Below, piece after piece: positions 1-10,964 of a DNA stretch of 64,000 nucleotides. The translations under genes were made by a program, and so were the position numbers. The notes under the pieces were generated by a model. That model ran no database searches. It had not been told where the DNA came from and was given only the letters and a program-made list of their open reading frames with translations. The DNA comes from Octopus sinensis. Its lineage: Eukaryota. Position 1 is the first letter of the stretch. Every line of letters starts with the position of its first letter. The stretch lies in assembly GCF_006345805.1 (NCBI RefSeq), contig NC_043000.1:27776001-27840000 (forward strand), given 5' to 3'.

Positions 1-122
1 GAAACCTACGTGTGAACAAGTAAGCGCATACATTGGGTATTTGTATACATTACATTACATGATGGGCTTCCACAGTTTCCAGTACTACAAGAAAATTATA
101 TAAAATGTTGCAGTATGGAACG

Positions 123-368
123 TGGAGGCGCGTGGCTTAGTGGTTAGGGTGTTGAACTCAAGAACGTAAGGTTGTAGTCTCGATTCCTGGACCGGGCGAT
201 GAGTTGTGTTCTTGACAAAACACTTCATTTCACGTTGCTCCAGTCCTCCTCTCAGCGGGAAAAATGAGTAATCCTGCGACGGACAGGCCTCCCGTCCAGG
301 TGGGGAATTTCTACGCCACTGAAACCGGGAAACCGGCCCTTATGATCCTGGCTCGAGAAGGAACATTT
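123..368 (+). mobile_element. tRNA-derived SINE: CORE-like head plus tail X
   Basis: A-box TGGCTTAGTGG, B-box-like TCGATTCC, CORE-like ttgtgttcttga..aaaacactt; closely matches the copy at 51964. Confidence 0.85.
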
Positions 369-1333
369 ATTATTATTTTTTTTAATTTGGAACGTAGCCT
401 TCTTAACATACAACCGCTACCTCAGAGATATAACGACATAAAAGGAGAAGAAATTTCACATTTATAAACTAATATTTATGCAAAGGAAAGAGAAAATTCA
501 AATTTTTATTAAGCATAAATCAACATTCTCATCAATATTCTACTTAGATCTATTTAATCAGAGTGTTTATTTTGCAGACTACGAATATGAGAAATAAACA
601 TTGTACTCCATGGATTTGAAGAATATTTTTACGCTGTCCTCGTAATATTCCTGATAAATCGCTTTCATAATACAACACAAAGACATCCTGATCAACAACA
701 ATAACAACAGCCACAAAAATAATGTTTCCATAGTCGACAGTGACTCTGAGACAGAGCCTGTGGTGTTATTTTACTGGTTTCGTATCTCATTTTATTTTTA
801 ATTTTAATTTTATGTACAGCTAATTTCTGATGCGTTGATATGTGTTTTTTTTTATAATATTCTTATTCTAATTTTAACTAATATCTGCTTTTGACAGTTT
901 TCATTACAAAATAAAAAAAAAAAACTTTTTTAAAGACTTCTGGGAATGTCTTGGATACAAGCCAATGCCTATATAAGAGAACGGTAAACTTTTTTCATTT
1001 TTATGTCTCGAGTAATTTCAAATCTGTCAGATAATTTAGTTCTTTTGTAATTTCTATTTTTATTCAGTTTTTCATTTTATTCAACTAATTATTTCTTTGG
1101 TCACAGCTTTCTTTGCGTAGTGACACATATCTCGAAATGTCTAAGCGAAGTGAGTCTTCGAATCAAAACAATCTTAACAAGAAATTAACTTAGAAATTAT
1201 TTAACAATGTTTGGATAAGTTCAATTATTTCATATTAAAAATATAGTAATAAGTTCGAGATTAACGCAGAAGTTATTTTAACCACCCGTTTATACAGTCT
1301 TGCAGGATATCTTACATATACTTACATATTAGT

Positions 1334-1707
1334 GCAGGAGTGGATGTGTGGTAAGCAGCTTGCTTACCAACCACATGGTACCGGATTCAGTCCCACTGCA
1401 TAGCACCTTGGTCAAGTATCTACTATAGCTACGGGCCGGAAAAAGCCATGTGAGCGGATTTGATAGACGGAAACTGAAAGATGTCCGAAGTGTGTGTATA
1501 TGTTTTTGAGTCTGTGATTGTCATCGCAACATCGATGGACAACCGATGCTGGTGTGTTTACGTCCCCGTAACTTAGTGGTTCGGCAAAATATAGCATAAG
1601 TAGTAGGCTTACAAAGAATAAGTCCTGGGCTCGATTTTCTCGACTAAAAGTGGTGATCCAGCTTGGCCACATTCAAGTGATTGGAACGAGTAAAAGAATA
1701 AAAGAAT
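1334..1707 (+). mobile_element. Abundant tRNA/CORE SINE (family A) with internal microsatellite and AAAAGART tail
   Basis: Colinear with copies at 21844, 29679, 34903 and 39381. Confidence 0.9.
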
Positions 1708-1849
1708 GAAAATACTATATAGGGAGACCGTACATGTGTGGAAGTTTACTGTGGTGTTGAGTCAGTTGTCTGTACTTCATTGGTGTAAAGTGATCCTTGT
1801 TCGTGATCAAGATCTGTGTTGGAAAATACCTCAACTAAATAACGAAATC

Positions 1850-3310
1850 CAAGAGAGGTTATCTTAATTTCTTAGGAAAATAACCAGAGATGATGATAGA
1901 AAGAGAATCCAACAAGATCTGTACGGTCTCTCTAAGATTCATAAGGATGGTATTCTATTAAAACTTATAGTGAGCTGTAGAGGTTCAGCATGTCATCCAC
2001 TGAGCTACTTCGTTGCAGATATAATCAGCCAATCAGCAGGAAAGTTAACATCGTACATGAAGAATTCCACCCACTTCACAGAATTGATCAAGGAAACCCC
2101 CACTGAATCCAAGCAGATGGTGAGTCTAGATGTGATAAGTCTGTTCACCGAAGTTCCAAATGGTGAAGCACTATCGGTGATTCAAGAAAAACTAGTGACA
2201 GACACCCATCTAAAGGAACGCACTGGTATACAATAAGAAATGTTGACCTGTTTAGAAACAACCTACTTTAGTATGGACATTGATATATATCGACAGGAAG
2301 AGGGTGTACCTTCGGGTTCACCATTAACACCAATATTAACCAATATATACATGGAATACGTTGAGAATTTGGCTTTAGGATCAACACTACTAAAACCAAC
2401 ACTATGGCTACGATATGTTGATCACACCTTTATACCATGGCCACACCAGGAAGAAGTTCAAGTACTGTTAGATCACGTGAACTCAATAAGGCCATCCATA
2501 CAGTTTACAATGGAAAGGGAAACAGAAAATCAGCTGGCATTCCTGGACGTATTAATTAATAACATGCACCAAGTATGTATTCAGGACATCCGTATGCCGC
2601 AAGCCGACCTTTAGTGGACAATACCTCAACTTCCATTTCCACCATCCATACAGTGTAAAGAGAAAGATTGCTCAGTGCCTAAAACATCGTGCAAGGAATA
2701 TAAGCAGCGATCGTGATACACACCACAAAGAAATGATCAAGCTAATAACGATCTGTTAAGCAACAACTACCCCAGAAGTATACTATCCACTCCAGTTATG
2801 AAGAAGAGGGAGGATGAGGCCAATAAAACTGTCTACAGTCTGTCTACCCTATGTGAAAGGCCTCTCCGAAAAGATACAAACGATATGCGGCCCATATGAC
2901 ATCAGGACACTATTCAAGAGTAATATAACACTTGACAAATATTTCTTTCTAGTAGAACCATCAATAGAAGAGAATATAGCAAAAGACTGCATGTACTCCA
3001 TCTCATGCTGTTGTGGTAGGTTATACAAAGGCGAAACATGCCGCCCCTCAAAATAAGGGTAGAGGAACATCGCAAAGCCGTAACACGAGGAGATATTGAT
3101 AAATCGGGTAGAGCTGAGCATGTATGGAAAAATGGAGACCACCTCCCACTGTAGGATGAAGTTAAAATAATAGACAGAGAACACCACAGGAATATACGAA
3201 AACTAAAAGAAGCAGCACATACGCTAGAACACAACAACCTCCTAAGCAGACCGAATGCAGATATGAGTAGCATATGGGAAGCGGTACTAAGGAAGGATAG
3301 GAAAATATAA
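1850..3310 (+). pseudogene. Decayed Penelope-like element: RT plus C-terminal GIY-YIG endonuclease
   Basis: LDVISLFTEVP, GVPSGSPLTPILTNIYME, WLRYVD, FLDV (RT); CMYSISCCCGRLYKGETCR and RVEEH..AEHVW (GIY-YIG); stops and frameshifts; final stop near 3310. Confidence 0.92.
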
Positions 3311-3346
3311 GATGTATATGCCCTCAGATTCACTCCATAATTGCCT

Positions 3347-3383
3347 ACGGGCATATGTCGTAGTAGTTTCCGCGTTCGATTCC

Positions 3384-3415
<32 letters not shown>

Positions 3416-3578
3416 CAATAATAATAATAATAATAACATCGAAAAATACTGTAGGAATGAGAAACTATGTTCGAAATTTCCCCAAGATACGTGAAGAATG
3501 CTGGAGGGTATATCAGCCGAAACCTTGTGTTAACAACAAATCAGAAGAGGACAATTATACGTCGAATGTAAATAATGT
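3347..3578 (+). mobile_element. tRNA-headed, hammerhead-bearing terminal repeat directly after the PLE ORF
   Basis: cgggcatatgtcgtagtag..gttcgattcc, then (CAC/CAA/TAA)n, then a tail matching 25750-25890; degenerate hammerhead at 3486-3531. Confidence 0.8.
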
Positions 3579-3609
3579 GTTTTTGTTTTGTCCTTTCTCT
3601 ATTGGGGCC

Positions 3610-4372
3610 TTGTGCCTAATTAAAGAAATCAGAAATGTTAGCACGCCGAGCAAACTGCGTACCGTATTTCGTCTGCCGCTACGTTCTGAGTTCAAACTCC
3701 GCCGAGGTCGACTATGCCTTTCATCCTTACGGGGTCGATTAAACAAGTACCAGTTACGCACTGGGCTCGATATAAGTGACTTAATCTGTTTGTCTGTCCT
3801 TGTTTGTCTTCTATGTGGGTAGTAAAGAAATAGGTATTTCGTCTGCTGTTACGTTCCAAGTTCAAACTCCGCCGAGGTCGACTATGCCTTTCATCCTTTC
3901 AGGGTCGATTAAACAAGTACCAGTTACGCACTGGGCTCGATATAAGTGACTTAATCTGTTTGTCTGTCCTTGTTTGTCTTCTATGTGTTTAGCCCCTTGT
4001 GGGTAGTAAAGAAATAGGTATTTCGTCTGCCGTTACGTTCCAAGTTCAAATTCCGCCGAGGTCGACTTTCCCGTTCATTATTTCGGGGTCGACTAAATAA
4101 GTACCAGTTACGCACTGGATTCGATAAAATCGACTTAATCCGTTTGTATGTCCTTGTTTGTCTTCTCAGTGTTTAGCCCCTTGTGGGTAGTAAAGAAATA
4201 GGTATTGCGTCTGCCGCTACGTTCTAAGTTCAAATCCCGCCGAGGTTGACTTTTCCTTTCATCCTCTGGGGGTCGGTAAATTAAGTACGAGTTGCGTACT
4301 GGGGTCGATATAATCGTCTGGCCCCCGCCCCAAACATTTCGAGCCTTGTGTCTAGAGTAGAAAAGAATATGA
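3610..4372 (+). repeat. Head-to-tail array of 4 Nin-domain SINE units
   Basis: gtatt(t/g)cgtctg recurs at 3664, 3834, 4018 and 4202 (periods 170/184/184); Nin-like gaggtcgac..tcatcc..ggggtcga..aagtacc. Confidence 0.85.
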
Positions 4373-5309
4373 ATAAAAATGGATTTTTTGAGAAAAGAAC
4401 TTTTTTTTTCGACCGCATCTTTGGTGTGGGAAGAGAACGATAGATATATATGAAAATAAACAATATTTTCAATTTTATTTTTCGATTGAATTTAGTGTAG
4501 GTTTTGGTGATTGGACCAGACGCCACAAGTTGTTTATGCTTCATATTTAACAATTAGTTTTATTTGATGTCATGCTTATGCGAGAATAAGACAATATTGA
4601 ATAACGCGAGTGCTAATTAGGGAATCTTGCCAGAATGTAATGTATATACAGGTGTTTTAATTCCCACTGACAAAAATCTCACTTCATAAAGCAACAAGTA
4701 GCGAGAACTTGAGCCTGATTAGAAACTGGATAGGAGTGCTTACATTACAATAAGCAGAAATATCCTAAAGAGAGTCATGTGTTAGAAGGCTGTGATTGTA
4801 ACCTGTGGTACCAGATGTAGAAAATGGCTTATTGTATTCATCTAATCCCTTTTGCAATATAGCGGTTGCTTGCCTGAAATCTATAAATAAAATGCCAAAG
4901 AAGTTCACATATGGTTATCCATTTTTGGATGCAAGTCTGAAACTGCTCTAAATACGTATTTTTGATGTTGGGTAAAAAAGACAACTAGAGAAAGTGATAA
5001 GTGGAACTTAAACATTAAAGGAATCATTAAAATGCACTCATTTCTTGATTGCGTTTGACTCGCATAATTTACTTGCAAGCAAAATTTTATATAACCCACA
5101 AAGACCCTATGTTATGACTTTTAAGTTATCAATTTTAGAATCACATCGAAGTAAAATTTAACAGGAATGAACAAATATTTGAATTAAAAAAAAAACAATT
5201 TGAAACTTTGATATCAAATTAGATCACTGCAGATTCGAAAATTAGTTATAAAATGTTACAACATTTGGGTATGTGTGTATGTGTACATCTAGCTATATAT
5301 ATATATATT

Positions 5310-5458
5310 TTTCTCTCCTTGTTTTGTCTGTGTCCCTTTCTGTAGAAGAGCGTAGGCTCGAAACGTAAAAGACATTTTCAATTCCTGAGCGTTATACTAA
5401 TACATCTGTTTGTTTTGTACACCACCTGTCTTCGTCTTTTACTTTTTTCGTGAACTCT

Positions 5459-5460
<2 letters not shown>
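5310..5460 (+). mobile_element. About 150-bp hammerhead-bearing mini-element between (TA)n arrays
   Basis: Second copy at 55897-56055 (-); hammerhead-like fold at 5336-5371. Confidence 0.75.
5336..5371 (+). ncRNA. Minimal type I hammerhead-like motif (core CUGUAGA)
   Basis: CUUU-CUGUAGA-A-GAGC-GUAG-GCUC-GAA-ACGU-A/AAAG. Confidence 0.6.
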
Positions 5461-5526
<66 letters not shown>

Positions 5527-5644
5527 AATCAAATATATTCAAAGAGAATACAATATACTGATTTTTTTAATAAGTGCTCTTGGTAGGGAAATGTCTAAAA
5601 CTCTAAATTTAGACATTTAATAAGAGCGATTATATTATACTATG

Positions 5645-5910
5645 AAATAAGTGAAGGAAAATTACATCAAAATATTATCAGAGAAGATAAAATTCCAAAA
5701 TAATGTTATATTAATATATAGATGTATAATATAGAAGTATGATTATTTAAAAGGTTTAAAAGTTTTAATTATCTTAGATATTTTTAACTTTTAAACCTTT
5801 TAAATAAATAATTATACATTATATATTTATACATCTATCTATTAACACAATATTATTTTGGACTTACTTCTTCTGTGATGATTTTTGATATAATTTTCCT
5901 GCACTTAATA
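5645..5910. repeat. Imperfect ~265-bp palindrome (two inverted copies of an AT-rich repeat)
   Basis: Left arm aataagtgaaggaaaattacatcaaaa..aaaaggtttaaaagtt matches the reverse complement of the right arm; centre near 5777. Confidence 0.8.
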
Positions 5911-6036
5911 TACAATATAATATTTATATACCAGAGTAAGCACATAACTGTGAAACAAGGTGGAAATAAATAATACTCGAATACCGGAGGTAGAGTAATG
6001 TGCTTTATTAATAAAACTGCTAAGGCATAACAAAAC

Positions 6037-6074
6037 CTGTTACTCAGAGTTTCACATTCTCGTTCATTGGACAG
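6037..6074 (-). ncRNA. Degenerate type I hammerhead-like motif
   Basis: CUGU-CCAAUGA-ACG-AGAA-UGU-GAA-ACUCUGAGU-A/ACAG. Confidence 0.5.
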
Positions 6075-6218
6075 TTGTGTTTAAAATCCCGATTTAAAAT
6101 CATATTGTGTAAAATAATATTTTAAGTCGTAATATTAATTTCATATATCCAGTTACTGAAAAGGCCGTAAGCAGAAGAGACCAAAGAAACAAAACCAATT
6201 TTTGTTCCATGCCCAACC

Positions 6219-6263
6219 AAAACTGTCCGAAGAAAGGGACGTGAAATTCTGAGTAACAGTTTT
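6219..6263 (+). ncRNA. Type I hammerhead-like motif (core CCGAAGA), inverted partner of 6037-6074
   Basis: 8-bp helix I AAAACUGU/ACAGUUUU; GAA-AUUCUGAGU-A; helix II imperfect. Confidence 0.55.
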
Positions 6264-6291
6264 TGTGATATCTTTGCATCTTTATTAATAA

Positions 6292-6341
<50 letters not shown>

Positions 6342-6489
6342 ATGCGCGCGTGTATTAAATGAAGAAGTAAATATAAGATCTTTATAACAAAACTTAATGT
6401 ACGAAATGTCATGTTTACCGGTTTTATATTTATAAAAATACTCATGACTCTATAGTTAGTGTTCATATTGTTATAATTTCATGACTGCC

Positions 6490-7060
6490 TCTTGTTCGCG
6501 ACGTTATTATAAATTGCAAGGGAGCCAGGGACTCTTTCCTATCCCAGTTACGAGAAAACCGGACATTTTAATGTGGTGTGAAAGGAAGTTGTGAATCTAC
6601 TCGAGTTAATGGTTCCTCATGAAGATAACTTGGACGCCGCTAGGGCTCAAAAGATTGAGCGTTATGTAAAAGCCCTCGAGGAATGTGAAGACGCAGGCTG
6701 GAAAACAGAGCATTTTCCAATCGAAGTCGGATGTAGAGGGTTTGTTGGACACAGTGTGAGACGGCTGTTGTTATCGTTAGGCCTAACTCATCGTAAGGTA
6801 AATAACACCATGACCGATATCCAAACTACAGTGGAAAAAGTTAGCCACTGGACTTGGTTAAATAATGACGTTGAGCGATGGCTAGAAGAATATTGAGCTT
6901 CATTTGATAACCATTTAATCTAGCAAGCGGTGCCTCATATCGGTGAGGGGGGTCGGTGCGCATCGATGCCGTCGACAGAGGAAGGCCCCGAAACGGAGCG
7001 CATAGTCTCCTGATGACCCCATACACTTGTTGGCTTCCGGTATGCGGAGTTCTCGACTGA
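6490..7060 (+). mobile_element. 5'-truncated non-LTR retrotransposon with restriction-like endonuclease, HERO-like, plus 3' UTR
   Basis: KPDI..ELMVPHEDN..KIERY..GWKTEHFPIEVGCRGFVGHS..EKVSHWTWL; stop at 6896; structured 3' UTR. Confidence 0.8.
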
Positions 7061-7299
7061 TAGCACTTGCATGTGCAAGTTGTTTGCAAAACACACATAC
7101 TGATATTAACAAGGGATGTTTCTATTAATAACAAGATAAAATGCGGAATACTAGTTATCTTCACTGATGATTATTGATACTTATTACTCAAAGTCAAAGA
7201 GTAATAAACAATAATGAAATATTAATCAAAACTTAATTAGCTTAATTAAAATGAATATATGTAGCTTCACAGCGATCGATATTTTTGGATAAATCTGGT

Positions 7300-9005
7300 T
7301 CACTTCTGTGTTCGTTATTTTTCAGTTACTCCAACACTACATAGACAAGAAGGATAAACAGGAAAAAAGTTTGTTTCAGGATGAACGAACACTCTATATC
7401 AGCTGATAAATCCGTACCCCTATGGATTGAATTATTTGAGACCGGAATCTTGCTTATTTCTTACTCGGCTTCATCATCTAGCATGGTTTTAACCACCTCT
7501 CTGCAAGCGGGTAAGATAATCGACTCGGCTAAATTATACGATTTCGTTTGCAGGGCAATCATTTCGGCTTTCTCAAAAGACGCGACTTAAACCTTTTCAG
7601 AAGCATTCATCTTTTTTTCAAAACAGTTTATTTGGTTAGGTTGCCGTTCTAGGAATCTTTGGAATTATATATCAGATCTTTACATTGAAGAGGTGTTTAG
7701 TCGTAAAATGTCATTTTTCAACTTGCTGGGCAACTTGCCTTCATTAGACTTCGTTTCACCACAACCAACCCACAGCGGAAGAGGTTGATCATCGTTGCCA
7801 GTCCAATGAAACGCAAACATTAAGTGGCTGTTGCAATATTTACGATTGGGTCGAGTTTTCGTATCATCATCACTATGCTTAGTTGCATTTGTGTAAACAT
7901 GTTCACTTTCAGAATCATAATCGTCATGGTTATGTTTCCTCTTAATAAACTTTCCATTTTATGGGTAACTAGCAGCATAGCCCGACGTTGCCCGGCTATG
8001 TAAGAGCCCCTAGTAGGCAACGACTAATCCCAATCTAGTTCTTTCCCTCTGGGGAACGAAGGCGCATGTGTAGGTTGCAATGTCTTCTCTTCACTCGAAT
8101 ACTTCTATGTATACGATGTTCCTAACTGTCTCCCGACAGAAAGTGTGTTGCATATAAAAAGCTTAGATTCTCGACCCCATGTCGAATTTATCGATTCTTT
8201 TCAGAACTGGGAGAACTTTTATAATTTTCGCTGCGTTAGTTTTGAATTATGACATTGGGCTATGTGTGTGTCAAGTTTCATCAGAATCGGTTGAAAGCCG
8301 TGGTCAGGGTGAGGGTAAAACCTGACAGCCACACAGACACACAGACAGACAAACTGCCGTTTATATATAGAGAGATTTAGTCTGTTAATATGAATTGTAT
8401 TACACAAAAGCACAGATTAGTAATAGAGTCAAACTGAGACAAGTGACAAGTGAGCTGTGAAAAGTGGCAGCGTGTCACATATTATCGGACTCTGTTGAGA
8501 AGCCTTTCAAAATTAATTGAAAAGATGAAAATTTTCGCCACTCTATGAATGAAAAAATTGAAATACAGCTGCAATACATGAGGACATATTAAAAGATTTA
8601 GTTCAACATCATTTATTTTAGTTCAATACTTTATTTTTCACAATTATAAATTGAAATAAAAACTGCAGAAGCTACTGAATAAACTGAAACATAGTCGTCC
8701 ACTAAATATGTCCAAAGACGTCAATTTCGAGGATAGCTTGATGCTAATTAGGTTCTTATCCTTATGAAATTTCAGATTCAAAGTTGAATAACACTGTCAT
8801 ACCATAATTAGCATAAATGAAGTGAATGACACAAGCACCTCTCATTCTTCGTCTAGAACTTAGTACTTAGTCTTTTTGCAACTTAGACATTTATATATTG
8901 ACTTACTAGTGAATTTCAATTGTATTTTTCGTATTTTAAAATATAATCTTTCATTTTCGAGGGGCACCTAATTACATGTTGCGACGCACGGTTTGGGAAC
9001 CACTG
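7300..9005 (-). mobile_element. Decayed hAT (Charlie/Buster-type) transposon, 5' part
   Basis: TIR CAGTGGTTCCCAAA at 9005; ATG near 7957, then KFIKRK..RKYCNSHLMFAFHWTGNDDQPLP..GE..SNE..PSKL..AESIILPAC.EVVKTML..ISKIPVSNNSI. Confidence 0.85.
7968..8376 (+). mobile_element. Non-autonomous Helitron/Helentron-like element inserted in the hAT 5' leader
   Basis: 5' ACTAGCAGCATAGCCCGACGTTGCCCGG; 3' (CAGA)n..TTTATATATAGAGAGAT; similar termini at 27188 and 28250. Confidence 0.75.
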
Positions 9006-9049
9006 TCTTTGAGTGTACTTCCTCTTTCGGAATTATATATTTTACAAAC

Positions 9050-9211
9050 GATATGTATATATATGTGTGTGTGTGTGTGAGTGTGTGTGAATGCATGTGC
9101 GTGTGTGTATATATATATGTGTATATGTGTGTTTATATGTGTGTGCGTATATATGTGTATTTATATATATATATATGTGTGTGTATATGTATGTATGTAT
9201 ATATATGTATG

Positions 9212-9306
<95 letters not shown>

Positions 9307-9365
9307 CATATGCACATACATATATGTACATATATACATATATATACATAAATATATCTATATAT
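9050..9365. repeat. Compound (TG)n/(TA)n microsatellite; representative of many, e.g. 15960-16225, 21640-21845, 24450-24715, 33190-33480, 37330-37735, 38040-38310, 46440-46760, 50190-50420, 50680-50890, 62640-63000
   Basis: Directly visible. Confidence 0.98.
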
Positions 9366-9546
9366 AATTAAATTTCTGGACGCACAAATACACATTTAAT
9401 GGTTTTAAATTCTTTTTGTCGTTGGAAATGTAATTCTAAATCTTCGAACGATTTAAGGAATTTCAAGAATTAGGCCTTGCATCTATTTTCACTGTTATAC
9501 GTGTTGTATTTTAACATAACTAATATGGGCTGCAATAAGGGTGGAG

Positions 9547-9700
9547 CACTTGCAGAAAATAACACTGTTTGGAACTGCTCGAATACTCCGGATAGTGCTC
9601 GAAAAGTTAGGGGCGTTACCTTAGTTCACTGCTGGTAAACAGCTGGCATCCTAGTACATTTCCAGCGTTAGAAGCTGTGCAAAGACAATAAATAATAATA
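9547..9700 (+). mobile_element. R4/Dong-clade LINE 3' end followed by (TAA)n
   Basis: LQKITLFGTARILRIVLE, short 3' UTR, (TAA)n at 9705-9850. Confidence 0.7.
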
Positions 9701-9712
9701 ATGTTGATGATG

Positions 9713-9752
<40 letters not shown>

Positions 9753-9760
9753 TAATAATG

Positions 9761-9827
<67 letters not shown>

Positions 9828-9929
9828 TAATAATGATAATAATAATAACAGATTCAATGCGATCAATTCTTTGGCCATACCAGTAACCACATATAGCTTC
9901 GATATCAGTAAGTGGAGTCTCACTGACAT

Positions 9930-10790
9930 GTAGAATATGGATAGGGAGTTCTGTAAAACACTTACAAAGTACTGAATGCACCATCCAACATCAGATGTAG
10001 ACAATATTTATCTCTCACGAAAAATAGGTGAAAGAGGCCTGATACAGCTAGAACCATCCTTCAAACCAGCAATAATAGGCTTTGAAACGTACTTTAATAC
10101 AACAAGAGATGTGCTCTTACGAACTGCACTGGAGCATGAAGATTCCAAGGAAGCTTCAGTCATGAAGCTTAGTCAGAAATTTAAAAAGTCTCTTGGCCTA
10201 CAATTTAACAATAAAAATGACCAAAGGCACCCAAATACTGACAGACCTACCATTGCTTCTCCTGATTTAGAAATTAACAATCAGAAAGTCCACAGTGGAC
10301 ACAAATAGTGATAAACCTATCATTGATACAAAAAAAAATATCAAACGAAAAGCAAAGAAGGCTTACATGAATAAAATCGAAAACAACTGGAAAATAAACT
10401 CCTGCATTGCATGGAAAATACCCTAACCGCATGTACAAGCCGCATACTAATCAAAATCTAACACAACAGTGGTTACAAGGGACAGATCTGAAAGATCTGC
10501 AAATTGAAATCACAAAAATGTGGAAGCTTAGCAGTTCGAGAATGCCAGTAGGGATTGGTGCATTAGGAATGATAAAGAAGGGAGCTGAGAAGTATATTAA
10601 GCGACCCCCTGGTAACTCCAATCTCCGTGAACTACGAAAGATAACCTTGATGAGCTCAGCCTATATACTACAGAAAGCACTCTCCATATAAAAGGAATAA
10701 ATGTGGTGATAATTTTAGCATGCACAGCAAAACAAAAGTGCCCTTGTTACTCTTGGTCCCCGGAAGATGTACGGTACTAAGGCAGCTGAA
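9930..10790 (+). mobile_element. Decayed, internally deleted R4/Dong-clade LINE
   Basis: HPTSDVDNIYLSRKIGERGLIQLE; MHGKYP; DLQIEITKMW..PVGIGALG..ITLMSSAYILQKAL. Confidence 0.85.
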
Positions 10791-10919
10791 ATAACGTTAT
10801 AATGAAAAGAAACCATAAATGAGAAAAAAGAAGAAGAAGAAGGAGGAGAAGAAGAAGAAGAAGAAGAAGAAGAAGAAGAAGAAGAAAAGAAGAAGAAGAA
10901 GAAGAAGAAGAAGAAGAAG

Positions 10920-10950
<31 letters not shown>

Positions 10951-10964
10951 CATTGTATAAAACA

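Noticed and set aside
123-200. tRNA-like sequences at SINE heads throughout the window
   Set aside because: No complete cloverleaf or acceptor stem; each continues into a SINE body, so none is called a tRNA gene.
3610-4372. Regularly spaced repeats superficially like a CRISPR array
   Set aside because: Whole units repeat with no unique spacers, the context is eukaryotic and no cas genes are present.
8270-8300. CUGAUGA on the minus strand
   Set aside because: Lies inside the Helitron-like body, with no helix II or GAAA partner.
8993-9395. Long ORFs rich in YI/CV/HT, and equivalents near 16, 21.7, 24.5, 33.3, 37.5, 38.1 and 62.9 kb
   Set aside because: They are translations of stop-free (TA)n/(TG)n microsatellites.
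9616-10004. Poly-I/L/N/R/S ORFs (also 10777, 11656, 12512, 25601, 36340-36796)
   Set aside because: They are (TAA)n/(AAG)n runs. Only the R4-like portions are genuine coding relics.
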